DNA of 64,000 bases from Dehalococcoidia bacterium (GTDB lineage Bacteria > Chloroflexota > Dehalococcoidia > Lucifugimonadales > QGNO01), in the NCBI GenBank assembly GCA_965220545.1, contig CBDCQF010000007.1:21123-85122 (forward strand), in the 5' to 3' direction. Position numbers and translations under genes: made by a program. This document shows, one piece after another, positions 20,001 through 28,561 of the stretch (position 1 is the stretch's first letter; every line of letters starts with the position of its first letter). The notes beneath the pieces were generated by a model. That model ran no database searches. It was not told where the DNA came from and saw nothing but the letters and a program-made list of their open reading frames with translations.

Positions 20001-20258
20001 GAACTCATCCAAGCGGGCATAGTCCCTGGTCCCGATAGGACGGGTGGGAACCAGTATTTCCAGGTTGAACGAACCGCTGTCGGGAGAGCTGGGCAAGGCG
20101 TGGTCGAAGCCGGCCTCCGACAGGTTGCGCAGGTAAGTGGCGCTCAGGGATGCCAGGGTGATAACGAAGAGGACACCGACGGCGCAGGCCAAAGTGAGCA
20201 GCCGTGAGCTACGGCTGCGTCGCGCGAGGAACCATAGAGCAAAGCGCATGCCAAACAT
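17004..20258 (-). CDS. Large ABC transporter permease with two FtsX-type modules (1,084 aa), paralog of 13707..17003
   Basis: Same architecture as its neighbour (RSRGASLNQS..., LQNMGLSRRQI... FtsX segments; N-terminal TM; large periplasmic-type domains). Confidence 0.8.
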   Translation of the reverse strand: MFGMRFALWFLARRSRSSRLLTLACAVGVLFVITLASLSATYLRNLSEAGFDHALPSSPDSGSFNLEILVPTRPIGTRDYARLDEFVLGSVERHLPSIESTSFRMGSSQNLPYLDTPDSSPPAVNTAFVSFFYQEGFTENARLVSGRWPSDTTVTLDGIPSIEAAIGSDALFGLDWDLGRTVYVTPFQSSPEEKIAVTVVGQVEPADEDDPFWSGNFSKFQLAEQGASVTVHLFTGTNTSFSGLAERYPTLLGSFRWTLLLDPEGVTYGNASQIRSSLTTIETDLNKRFPRSLVISSLGIRISDYQRELALSRLPYLILISLIAGIVLYFLAIASVVLAKERNREAVLLRSRGASLNQSGLYLPFVEAAIVVVPGVLLGPVLGWILAGLLPTGAERVAVFSYPLSLSAFLVSVVAGAVAALIYLTASFAVSVRSPLIPIRGSRLLSRPGRLQYAVDLLVMVVAGVVWWQLRSRSSFSTEETAGAGLSFDLTLLLAPAVLMLAAGLLISRLLPFLFLALSRLFGDLGPFWLIDSFRRVYRNYPGYVPLFLLTFFIAAIAIFSANYAATLAQSHADQARYSQGGEIVVRLPLDHIGDAQSVTQALEADPSIRAASPVYRGSAFEGSGSSGVNYSLLSLDSSRLPVVSWFRGDFAQKDLSQLAFALRVSAPPFQGIPLPGTPDRIGVWASSERAYLNYTLRALLRDSTGRYATLRLGNLGNTDWNVKVAELSQVPGMQPPLTLVGIYVAGGQLVGYGSGFIQLDDVFVSTGDETQTVEDFESDRPWTVFPNAGLTKDEVSYTPQARSGSLSLRYTWTEPITTETRGVLASPVPMPIPAIGGPGLSLDQDLVVRVEGKPVAFRIVESADYFPTLFPTGGRFLITDIGHLSGYFDLLPLTGPIRPGELWLGPVDSGAIESVVHEVLPAAVVVDQEAEVSESTSNPWASSFWSSLSIVVVAVVAAVFTAGLVIYAIIAVRGMRTELGLLQNMGLSRRQIALSVALERLSVPLLGLVSGAWIGAWTSRWTLRFLEITPGGRPLVPPLELVVDRPFVAVGLASALIAVALAIFIAVVAANRLSLKDVLRVEE

Positions 20259-20437
20259 ACCGACATCCCTCTAGGATTTCAGGATTATGGAACGTGACGC
20301 CGTAGATTGCAATCGAACCGGTCTAAGTGACACCCGCCTCTCTTATGGATATACTGCGGCTTGTTTCTGCTTCGGGCCTGCTCCGGGTCCATACATTCTT
20401 GGCAGAATCGCATAGACCTACTTGTGGTCGGGAGAGC

Positions 20438-21778
20438 GTGTTGCAGCAATCTACTACTGCAAAACAGGGGCCTCTGGGCGTCTTCTACGGCTGGTGGCTG
20501 CTTGGCATAGGAGCGATCATCGTTATGGTTGGATCGCTTCAAACGGGCGTGACCACCGTATTCTTCCTGCCCATCCAGCGAGACCTAGGTTTGACCAGCG
20601 CGGCTCTATCCCTGGTTTTCACAGTGTCCCGCTTTGAAGGAGGGCTGGAGGGCCCAGTGGTGGGCTGGATGATAGATAAGCGGGGACCCAAGCTTCCCAT
20701 CATCATAGGGGCGGCCCTGGGAGGCATTGGACTTCTGGTTTTGGCGCAGGCAAACAGCTATCTGTACTTCTTTGTGGTCTACATCACCATGGTAAGCGTG
20801 GGATTTCAGATGGGCTTCCTTCAGTGCATGCACGCGGTGGCCAATCTATGGTTCATAAGATTCCGGACAAGGGCCATGTCCGTTTACTCCTCCTCGTTCA
20901 GGGTAGGCTGGGCCATCTTCACCCCCGCAGTAGCCGTATTGGTGTTGAATTATGGCTGGCGAAACACATGCATCATGCTGGGCGCGTTCGTACTCGCTAC
21001 AGCGCTGCCGTTGTCGCTGCTCATACGGCGCTCCCCGGAGTCCATGGGCCTGCTGCCGGACGGAGCGCGCCCCGCGGAGACGCCGGAGGCGACAGTGGCG
21101 CAGGAAGCGGGAGAGAACCAGGAGACGCCCGCGCAACCCCCCAAGGCCGACACCACTATCACGCCGGTGGACATGGACTTCAAGGAGTCTCTGAAGACCA
21201 CGTCGTTCTGGATAATTGCCTACAGCACCACGGTGCGCCTTTCAACTCAAACGGCTCTTGGCGTACACGCCATACCGATATTTGTTTGGAAAGGCCTGGG
21301 GGAGCAAGCCGGCGCGAACCTGGTTGGCCTCACCGCCGGAATAGCCGTGCCCATGATTCTGGTCCTGGGCTGGCTGGGCGACAAGATGAGCAAGAAGACC
21401 ATCCTGTTCGTTGCCCAGGTGGCCCTGGCCCTAGGATTCATCCTGCTAGACATCAGCGAAAGCGCGATAACCCTGTACTTATTCGTCGTGTTGTTCGCAT
21501 TTGGGGGAAACGTCTCACCGGTCAACTACTCCATACTGGGAGAGTTCTACGGGAGGAAGGTATTCGCCCGTTTGAGGGGCGCTTTGAACAGCATAGGCGT
21601 CATAGGCGGACTGACCCCTTGGTTTGCGGGCCTGGTCAACGATGCTACGGACAGCTACAGCATAGTGCTCATAACCTTTAGCGGGCTGGCGGCCGCGGCC
21701 GCGTTCCTCCTGCTGTTCGTGAGGAACCCGCAAAGAAGACTCCGTGAGAAAGAGGTAACCACTCAGGTTGGAACGTGA
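20438..21778 (+). CDS. MFS transporter (oxalate/formate-antiporter-like subfamily)
   Basis: 12-TM pattern with a long central loop (RRSPESMGLLPDG...). The ORF opens at 20327, but homology to the paralog starts near FYGWW. GTG 20438 or TTG 20441 follows GGGAGAG, so the start is uncertain. Confidence 0.75.
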   Translation: MLQQSTTAKQGPLGVFYGWWLLGIGAIIVMVGSLQTGVTTVFFLPIQRDLGLTSAALSLVFTVSRFEGGLEGPVVGWMIDKRGPKLPIIIGAALGGIGLLVLAQANSYLYFFVVYITMVSVGFQMGFLQCMHAVANLWFIRFRTRAMSVYSSSFRVGWAIFTPAVAVLVLNYGWRNTCIMLGAFVLATALPLSLLIRRSPESMGLLPDGARPAETPEATVAQEAGENQETPAQPPKADTTITPVDMDFKESLKTTSFWIIAYSTTVRLSTQTALGVHAIPIFVWKGLGEQAGANLVGLTAGIAVPMILVLGWLGDKMSKKTILFVAQVALALGFILLDISESAITLYLFVVLFAFGGNVSPVNYSILGEFYGRKVFARLRGALNSIGVIGGLTPWFAGLVNDATDSYSIVLITFSGLAAAAAFLLLFVRNPQRRLREKEVTTQVGT

Positions 21779-23111
21779 AGTGGAAAGTCCGGACGCGGCG
21801 GTGAAACCCCGCAAAAAGGGCATATTCTATGGATGGAAGGTGCTGGCGGCGGGTTCCGCAATCACCACCATTGGCTCCATTCATTCGCCGGTGGTATCGG
21901 TCTTCTTCCTGCCTTTGCAGCGAGAGTTGGATCTCTCCCGGGCTGCACTCTCTTTTATCTTCTCCCTAGCAAGGATAGAAGGCGGAATAGAAGGGCCGCT
22001 TGTGGGCTGGATGATAGACAAGCAAGGGCCCAGGATTCCCGTCATTATCGGCACATTGCTATCCGGCATCGGGATGCTGGTGCTGTCACAGGTTAACAAC
22101 ACGCTGGGGTTCTTGCTGGTATACACCGGACTGGTGGCCCTGGGTTTTCAGATGGGCTACCTCCAGGTGATGCACGCCGCAGCCAATATCTGGTTTGTCA
22201 AATACCGGACAAGGGCAATGAGCATCTTCTCGTCATCGGTCAGGCTGGGGCCGGCTGTGTTTACGCCGATAATGGGTGTGCTAGTAGACGTCTGGGACTG
22301 GCGTACCGGGGCCATCCTGACGGGGTTCTTTGTGCTGGTCACAGCGTTGCCTCTCACCTACTTCATCAAACGCTCTCCTGAATCTATGGGTTTGCTGCCC
22401 GACGGAGCCGATCCCGAGGAGTTGGAGCCGCCGCCGGACGGGGAAGGCTCTAAAGAAGCGGATCCCGGGCAGAGCGAGCAGAAGGAGACGCTGCGGCTCC
22501 AAATGCCCGAAGACTTCGAATTCAAGGAGGCGATGCGTACACCGGTCTGGTGGATCCTGGCGCTGACCACAACGGTGCGCACATCCAACAACGGCGTTTT
22601 TCAAGTGCATTTCGTACCCATATTCGTCTGGAAGGACATTACGGAGACGACCGCGGCGTTCATGGTCGGCATTACCCAGCTCATTGCTACGCCAATGATC
22701 CTGGGAGTAGGGTGGCTGGGAGACAGATGGAGCAAGAAGGCAATCCTGGTGCTGGCCCACTTCGTTCTGGGCTCCAGCTTTCTTGTACTGATATTCGTGG
22801 AGCAGACATGGGGTATCTACCTGTTCATGGTAATGTTTGCTTTCGGCGCCAACGTCGCGCCGGCCAACTACTCCATAATCGGCGATTACTTCGGGAGGAA
22901 GTCGTTCGCAAGACTGAGAGGAGTCTTGAACAGCCTGGGGATCATAGGGATGGGCACCACGGTACTGGCGGGCTGGGTGTTCGACGCTACCAATAGCTAC
23001 GCCGCCTTCCTCTTTGGCACTGCCGTGTTCTCGGCAATAGCAGGCGTAACGGTCATATTCTTCCTGCACAAGCCAAGCAGGCCCGGAGCAAAAAGCGCCT
23101 CGACAGCCTAG
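21768..23111 (+). CDS. MFS transporter, tandem paralog of 20438..21778
   Basis: Colinear similarity with the upstream gene throughout (FYGW..., GWMIDK.GP, KRSPESMGLLPDG, GEFYGRK/GDYFGRK). TTG start overlapping the upstream 3' end by 11 nt. Confidence 0.8.
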   Translation: MEREVESPDAAVKPRKKGIFYGWKVLAAGSAITTIGSIHSPVVSVFFLPLQRELDLSRAALSFIFSLARIEGGIEGPLVGWMIDKQGPRIPVIIGTLLSGIGMLVLSQVNNTLGFLLVYTGLVALGFQMGYLQVMHAAANIWFVKYRTRAMSIFSSSVRLGPAVFTPIMGVLVDVWDWRTGAILTGFFVLVTALPLTYFIKRSPESMGLLPDGADPEELEPPPDGEGSKEADPGQSEQKETLRLQMPEDFEFKEAMRTPVWWILALTTTVRTSNNGVFQVHFVPIFVWKDITETTAAFMVGITQLIATPMILGVGWLGDRWSKKAILVLAHFVLGSSFLVLIFVEQTWGIYLFMVMFAFGANVAPANYSIIGDYFGRKSFARLRGVLNSLGIIGMGTTVLAGWVFDATNSYAAFLFGTAVFSAIAGVTVIFFLHKPSRPGAKSASTA

Positions 23112-24001
23112 AGTCCCCTCAACCTGGGGTCCCAGGCGTCTCGAATGGCATCCCCAAGCAGGTTGAAGCCCAGGACCAGCCATGTGATGGCAAGACCGGG
23201 GAAGATAACCATCCAGGGCGCGGCGGCCGCATACTGGGCAACCGAGTTGGCAAGCATCCTCCCCCAGGAAGGGTAGGGGGGCGGCACTCCCAGCCCCAGG
23301 TAGCTCAACGTAGCCTCGATAAGGATGGCATTGGCAAGGAGGCCGCTTGCCAGGATGAGGTAGGGCGCCATCACGTTGGGTAGGACATGCCTGCTCATGA
23401 TTCGCAAGGGGGGCGCGCCAACGGCCTTGGCGGCATCTATGTAGCTATTCTGCTTGACGGACAGGACTGAACCGCGGATGACCCGGAGGGTTCGAGGCAC
23501 GTAGATGACGATAAGGGCTATGATTAGCTTGTCCACGCCTGAACCCAGGGTGGCCACCAGGGCCAGGGCAAGGAATATCCCCGGCAGGGAGAGCATGACC
23601 TCGGCCACGCGCTGTATCACATCGTCCACTATGCCGCCGGTATAGCCGCTGAAGACGCCCAAAGCCAGGCCAATAGTCGCGCCGACCAGTACGGAGGCGA
23701 ATCCCACGAGCAGGGAGAGCCTTGACCCGTGGACCACTCTTGCCCAGAGGTCGCGGCCGAATTCGTCCGTGCCCATGAAGTGCGACGGGCTTGGCCCTTC
23801 AAGCCGTCTCTGGTAGTCCTGCGCGTTGGTGTCATACCTGGCAACCAGGGGAGCAAACAGAGCAGCCAGAATCACAGAGCACAGCATGAATGCGCCCAGC
23901 GCTCCCAGCGGCTTGCGCAGCACGAAACGGTAGACACCGCTTCCCGCAACACGCCTTGGGAGAATGCCGGCCAAACGGCGATCTGTCCTTGCCGTTTCCA
24001 T
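23108..24001 (-). CDS. Peptide/nickel-type ABC transporter permease (DppC/OppC-like)
   Basis: BPD_transp_1 pattern with an N-terminal OppC-type segment. EAA-like loop IDAAKAVGAPPLRIMSRHVLPN. Confidence 0.88.
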   Translation of the reverse strand: METARTDRRLAGILPRRVAGSGVYRFVLRKPLGALGAFMLCSVILAALFAPLVARYDTNAQDYQRRLEGPSPSHFMGTDEFGRDLWARVVHGSRLSLLVGFASVLVGATIGLALGVFSGYTGGIVDDVIQRVAEVMLSLPGIFLALALVATLGSGVDKLIIALIVIYVPRTLRVIRGSVLSVKQNSYIDAAKAVGAPPLRIMSRHVLPNVMAPYLILASGLLANAILIEATLSYLGLGVPPPYPSWGRMLANSVAQYAAAAPWMVIFPGLAITWLVLGFNLLGDAIRDAWDPRLRGL

Positions 24002-24003
24002 GG

Positions 24004-24963
24004 TCAGGAGCTGCTGATCCTAGGGTCAAGCCAGCCATGCGCCAGATCAACGATAAGGTTTATAACGATGAACGCGGCGGCGAATATGAAGACCAGGGCC
24101 TGGACTGCCGTGTAGTCGCGCACTGTGATCGACTCGATCAGATAGGAGCCGATGCCGGGGACGGAAAAGACGCGTTCCATCACCACCGCGCCGCCCAGCA
24201 GCGTGCCGAAGGAGAGGCTGGCTATGGTAAGAACGGGAAGCAGCGAGTTCTTGAGTGCGTGGCGCAGGACTATTTGCCGCTCGGAGAACCCCTTGGCCCT
24301 GGCGACTCTAATGTAGTCCTCATTGATGACTTCCAGCATCGTGGAGCGGGTCATGCGGGCAACGATGGCCATGAGGTGAGAGCCGATGACCAGTGACGGA
24401 AACAGCACCTGGACCAGGTTGGTTCCCGGACTGCTCCACAGCGGATGATAGCCAAGGGGGGGTATCCAAGTGAAGAGACGGGTTGTCAGGAGCAGGATGA
24501 GCAGCCCCAACCAGAATGAGGGAATCGCCAGAAACAGTATGCTGGCTATCCTTGAAATGAGGTCTGCCCAGGTGTCGCGGCGCAACGCCGAGATTATGCC
24601 CAGAGGCAACCCGGCGCCAAAGCCGATAGCCACCGAGAAAAAAGCGATCTCCAAGGTGATGGGCAGCCGCCTTGCTATCTCGCCTGCCACGGGAAGCCGG
24701 TTCAACATCGAGTCCCCAAGGCTGCCCTGAAGGAGGCCGGCAATCCAATCGACGTACTGGACGTGGAGCGGCCGGTCGGTGCCCAGCTCACGGCGCAGAT
24801 CGGCAAGCGCGGCGGGGTCCACCTGGGCGGCTCCCTCTTCGCCGGCAAGGAGTGCATAAGCAATGTCGCCCGGTATCACGCGCATCACGACAAATACCAG
24901 GATAGTGGCGCCAACCAGCGTGGGTATGGCTATCAGCAACCGGCGAACGATCAATCCCTGCAT
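24004..24963 (-). CDS. Peptide/nickel-type ABC transporter permease (DppB/OppB-like)
   Basis: Typical N-terminus MQGLIVRRLLIAIPTLVGATILVFVVMRVIPGD and EAA loop YIRVARAKGFSERQIVLRHALKN. Confidence 0.9.
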   Translation of the reverse strand: MQGLIVRRLLIAIPTLVGATILVFVVMRVIPGDIAYALLAGEEGAAQVDPAALADLRRELGTDRPLHVQYVDWIAGLLQGSLGDSMLNRLPVAGEIARRLPITLEIAFFSVAIGFGAGLPLGIISALRRDTWADLISRIASILFLAIPSFWLGLLILLLTTRLFTWIPPLGYHPLWSSPGTNLVQVLFPSLVIGSHLMAIVARMTRSTMLEVINEDYIRVARAKGFSERQIVLRHALKNSLLPVLTIASLSFGTLLGGAVVMERVFSVPGIGSYLIESITVRDYTAVQALVFIFAAAFIVINLIVDLAHGWLDPRISSS

Positions 24964-24965
24964 GC

Positions 24966-26423
24966 TTAGCCTTTGATCACACCCAGCGGCCTGAGACGGA
25001 CGACTTTCCTGGACAGCCCTGCGCCGTCGGCTACACGCATGACCTCCTCCACGTCTTTGTAGGCCAGCGACGCCTCCTCAGCCAGGGAGGCCCAGCCGTG
25101 GGCCATGGCGATGATTCCCTGCTGCTCCAGTTCGTCCTGGATATCACGGCCCTTTAGCAGTTTCTTGGCTATGGTGCGGCTTTCCACGCGTCCCGCTCCG
25201 TGGCAAGTCGAACCGAAGGACAGCTCCATCGCCCGGGGGTCGCCCACCGCTATGTAAGAGCATCGCCCCATGTCGCCGGGGACGAACACGGGCTGTCCAA
25301 CATCGCAGTATCTTGCAGGAACGTCCGGATGCCCGGCGGGAAAAGACCTGGTTGCGCCCTTGCGGTGAACGCAAAGACGGGTCTCCCTGCCGTCTACCAC
25401 GTGGTCTTCAAGCTTGGCCATGTTGTGGCTGACGTCATAGACCTGCCGCATGCCCATCTCTACCCAGGAAACGCCAAAGACCCGCTCGAACGACTGGCGG
25501 GTCCAGTGGGTGATGCATTGCCGGTTTGCCCAGGCAAAGTTGGCGGCGGCGCGCATCGCGGCCAGGTAAGCCTGCCCCTCCGCCGATGAGACCGGAACGG
25601 CGGCAAGCTGTCTGTCCGGCAGGTCAATACCGTACCGCTTGCTGCCAGCCTCGATGGCTTTAAGCGAATCGGTGCAGACCTGGTGTCCCAGCCCGCGGGA
25701 GCCGCAGTGGATGAGGATGGTAACCTGGCCGGTTTCGTGGATGTCCATGGCGCGGGCAGCCACGGGGTCGAATATGGCATCCACCGCCTGAACCTCTAGA
25801 AAGTGGTTGCCGGAGCCGAGGGTGCCCAGTTGAGGTCCGCCACGCTGTTTGGGCCGGTGTCCCACCGCGTCCGGGTCGGCGCCTGCCATGCAGCCCAGCT
25901 CTTCGGTGACCTCCAGGTCATCGGGGTCTCCAAAGCCGTGCTCAACCGCCCAGGACGCCCCTTGCGCCAGCACTTTGTCGATGTCTTTGACGCTCAGCTT
26001 GAGGCGGCCTCCCGATCCAAGCCCGGAGTGGATATCGTTAAAGAGGGACGATACCAGCTCCTTGAGCTTGGGACGCACCTCGTCCTCGCTGAGGTCGGTG
26101 CGAATAAGACGTACGCCGCAATTGATGTCGAAGCCGACTCCGCCCGGTGAGATCACGCCGTCCTCGTCGACTGAAGTCGCAGCCACGCCGCCGATGGGGA
26201 AGCCGTAGCCCCAGTGAATGTCCGGCATGGCCAGAGAAGCGCCAACGATGCCCGGCAGAAAGGCGACGTTGGCCACCTGCTCCATGCACTTGTCTTCGAT
26301 GATTCCGCTCAGCAGAGCCTCGCTGGCAAAGATAACCCCGGGAGCCAGCATGCCGCTCTTGTAGCTTTGCGGCACCTGCCACCTGTTGTCGTCCAGCTTG
26401 CGAAGGATATTGGAGTAATCCAT
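24966..26423 (-). CDS. rtcB: RNA 3'-phosphate ligase RtcB
   Basis: RtcB metal/GMP-site motifs (MPDIHWGYGFPIGG, GFDINCG, GSGNHF, HCGSRGLGHQ, VSHN, GSTCHGAGR). The start is set at ATG 26423 (MDYSN...), 4 nt after the archease stop, rather than ORF-track 26462. Confidence 0.92.
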   Translation of the reverse strand: MDYSNILRKLDDNRWQVPQSYKSGMLAPGVIFASEALLSGIIEDKCMEQVANVAFLPGIVGASLAMPDIHWGYGFPIGGVAATSVDEDGVISPGGVGFDINCGVRLIRTDLSEDEVRPKLKELVSSLFNDIHSGLGSGGRLKLSVKDIDKVLAQGASWAVEHGFGDPDDLEVTEELGCMAGADPDAVGHRPKQRGGPQLGTLGSGNHFLEVQAVDAIFDPVAARAMDIHETGQVTILIHCGSRGLGHQVCTDSLKAIEAGSKRYGIDLPDRQLAAVPVSSAEGQAYLAAMRAAANFAWANRQCITHWTRQSFERVFGVSWVEMGMRQVYDVSHNMAKLEDHVVDGRETRLCVHRKGATRSFPAGHPDVPARYCDVGQPVFVPGDMGRCSYIAVGDPRAMELSFGSTCHGAGRVESRTIAKKLLKGRDIQDELEQQGIIAMAHGWASLAEEASLAYKDVEEVMRVADGAGLSRKVVRLRPLGVIKG

Positions 26424-26427
26424 ACAC

Positions 26428-26868
26428 CTACACGTCCAGCACCACTTGGATGCGCCATTCACCGTTGTGCGACACTTCTAGGCCATGATACGTGGCGGCC
26501 TTTACCTGGGCAAACACCCGCTGCGGAGCCACCTTTTCACCGGAGCAGCGCGCCTTCAGAGCCTTTCCTCCCTCCTCCACGCATATGCAAAACTCTTTTG
26601 GCAGGAACCCGTCAGCTTCGTACCTGTAGAGAAGCTCGTTGAGCCAGTCGACCGCCAGGGCCTCTTCATCCGTGGAGGATACGTGAACTTCCCAGGAATC
26701 GTTCACCTCTACGGTTTCCAGGTCTGCCATGAGGGAAAACATCCCCTTGGCCAGGAAGGCCAACGCTTCAGCCAGAGTATCGCCGCTGGCCGCTATTCCC
26801 ACGTCGGCGGTGTGATCCAGAATCTGGTAGCCTGCCAAGGGCCTCTCCGTTTCAAAGGTTCCTAGCAA
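26428..26868 (-). CDS. Archease (RtcB activator/chaperone)
   Basis: N-terminal YQILDHTADVGI motif and matching size. The start is uncertain: TTG 26868, or TTG 26838, which is preceded by GGAGAGG. Confidence 0.85.
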   Translation of the reverse strand: MLGTFETERPLAGYQILDHTADVGIAASGDTLAEALAFLAKGMFSLMADLETVEVNDSWEVHVSSTDEEALAVDWLNELLYRYEADGFLPKEFCICVEEGGKALKARCSGEKVAPQRVFAQVKAATYHGLEVSHNGEWRIQVVLDV

Positions 26869-26876
26869 AATGACGG

Positions 26877-28550
26877 CTAGGGGAGGTCTTTCCAGACGCG
26901 CTCCAAGCGTTCGTCAGTGTAAGAGGTGAGACCTATGGGCACGTCTTTCACGTGGGAGTAATGGTTCTTGGTAAGGTTATGTACGGCGGTGGGAATGATG
27001 GGAAGGTCGTCGTAGATGATCCGTTCCATCTCCAAGACCAAAGAACGACGTTTGTCTCTATCCAGTTCCGTCGACTGCTGTGAGTACAGCTCATCGATGC
27101 GAGGGTTGCTGTAACCAAGCCAGTTGCGTGAAGCGCCAGTGATGAAGTAGCCGCCGAACAATTCGTCCGGGTCGCCGGTGGTAAGGCAGAAGTAGTAGGA
27201 CATGATGTCATAGTCCAGCGACTCGCCGGCGGGGAAGAGCTGGGCACGGTCGACAAGCGTCACGCCGGCCTCGATGCCAAGCTTGGCCAGCTCGCCGGTG
27301 AAGAACTCGGACTGCCTGGGATAGATGCCGGAGTTGCGGCTGAGCAGGTCGACGCTGAGCCCATCGGGGTAGAGCTCATCCACAATGCGACGGGCTTCGG
27401 CCAGGTCCTCATCTTTGGGCTGACGGAAGCCGGGCATGTCCCATATCTCCCCGGCGGAGAGGCCCCAGCCGCCGGTGTCCAAGTACAGCGACACTTCGGC
27501 GTTGCCGTTGTGCAACACTTCGATATATGCCCTGCGGTCGATGCCTAGGTTGATGGCGTGACGGAGTTGCGGATTGTCAAAGGGCGGCCTGGTGGCATTC
27601 AGCAGCAACCCCTGGGGAGCGCAGTACGTGGAGTAGGGGCGGACGACTATCCGCCCGTCCGATACCATCTGCTCCACCACCGGCCTATTGCTCAAGCTCC
27701 AGGAAGCGCGGTTCAACTCAACCCTGCCGGTGATGAACGCCACCTCCGAGGCGGCGAAATCACGGCTGAGAAAGAGCTGGATGCCGTCCAGGTAGGGGAG
27801 GCCTTCCTTGAAGTAGGCAGAATTGCGCTCGTACTCCCACATTGCGCCGCGCTCCATGCTCTTTATGCGGAACGGGCCTGAGCCGCGCGGCATCTGCTGC
27901 AGGTCTTCCTGGCTTGTGCCCTCCGGCATGATGGCGGCGAACCCGGTGGCAAGGAACGAGTGCAAAGAGGCGGAGGGGGTCTCCAGGTGAAGCCGCACCG
28001 TGTGATCGTCTACCACCTCCACACCGTTGTCGGGGCGTGCAATGCTAATGAACTCCTTGATGGGGCCCACACGGGATGAAACCCTGCCGTCCACCAGCCC
28101 CATGATCTTTTCCAGGCTGTACTTGACATCTCTGGCGGTTAGGGGCGTTCCGTTGTGGAACAGCACGTCGTCTCTGAGGGAATAGGTGATGGTGCGCCCG
28201 TCGCCTGAAATCTCAAAGCTATCGGCAACGTCAGTCTCGATGATATTGCCATCCGGATTCCAAACCAGGTTGTTATACAGCTTGGAGTTGTGCACGTTGT
28301 CCGGACTGGCCGCCGCATTATGTGGATCGAAGCTCACCGGGTCGGTGATGCTCATCTGTCGGAGCACGCCGCCCGTTATGGGAGACCCTGAGTCAGCCGG
28401 AGACGGGACGTCGCTGCCGGCGGCGGTTGGAGTGGCCTGTAGGGTAGGGGTGGCGGTAGGTGACTCCGTGGAAGAGCACGACACTGCCAGCACAGCGGCA
28501 GCAATGGCCATTGCCGCCAGAAGATAACGGGGCGCGTTTGCTGATCTCAT
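26877..28550 (-). CDS. ABC transporter substrate-binding lipoprotein, family 5 (peptide/nickel type)
   Basis: SBP_bac_5-like sequence. The start is set at ATG 28550 (MRSANAPRYLLAAMAIAAAVLAVSCSS, signal peptide plus lipobox). The upstream 79-codon ORF extension has no signal-peptide character. Confidence 0.85.
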   Translation of the reverse strand: MRSANAPRYLLAAMAIAAAVLAVSCSSTESPTATPTLQATPTAAGSDVPSPADSGSPITGGVLRQMSITDPVSFDPHNAAASPDNVHNSKLYNNLVWNPDGNIIETDVADSFEISGDGRTITYSLRDDVLFHNGTPLTARDVKYSLEKIMGLVDGRVSSRVGPIKEFISIARPDNGVEVVDDHTVRLHLETPSASLHSFLATGFAAIMPEGTSQEDLQQMPRGSGPFRIKSMERGAMWEYERNSAYFKEGLPYLDGIQLFLSRDFAASEVAFITGRVELNRASWSLSNRPVVEQMVSDGRIVVRPYSTYCAPQGLLLNATRPPFDNPQLRHAINLGIDRRAYIEVLHNGNAEVSLYLDTGGWGLSAGEIWDMPGFRQPKDEDLAEARRIVDELYPDGLSVDLLSRNSGIYPRQSEFFTGELAKLGIEAGVTLVDRAQLFPAGESLDYDIMSYYFCLTTGDPDELFGGYFITGASRNWLGYSNPRIDELYSQQSTELDRDKRRSLVLEMERIIYDDLPIIPTAVHNLTKNHYSHVKDVPIGLTSYTDERLERVWKDLP

Positions 28551-28561
28551 ATGGGCTATGT

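Noticed and set aside
20300-20345. A tRNA-like fragment (GATTGCAATCGAACCGGTC resembles a T-arm).
   Set aside because: No acceptor stem, anticodon arm or D-arm can be drawn around it. It is an isolated chance similarity.
20396-20415. A sigma-54-like TGGCA...GCA element (cTTGGCAGAATCGCATAg) upstream of the first MFS gene.
   Set aside because: The GG-to-GC spacing is about 9 nt rather than the 12 nt (centre-to-centre) required for the -24/-12 consensus TGGCAC-N5-TTGC.
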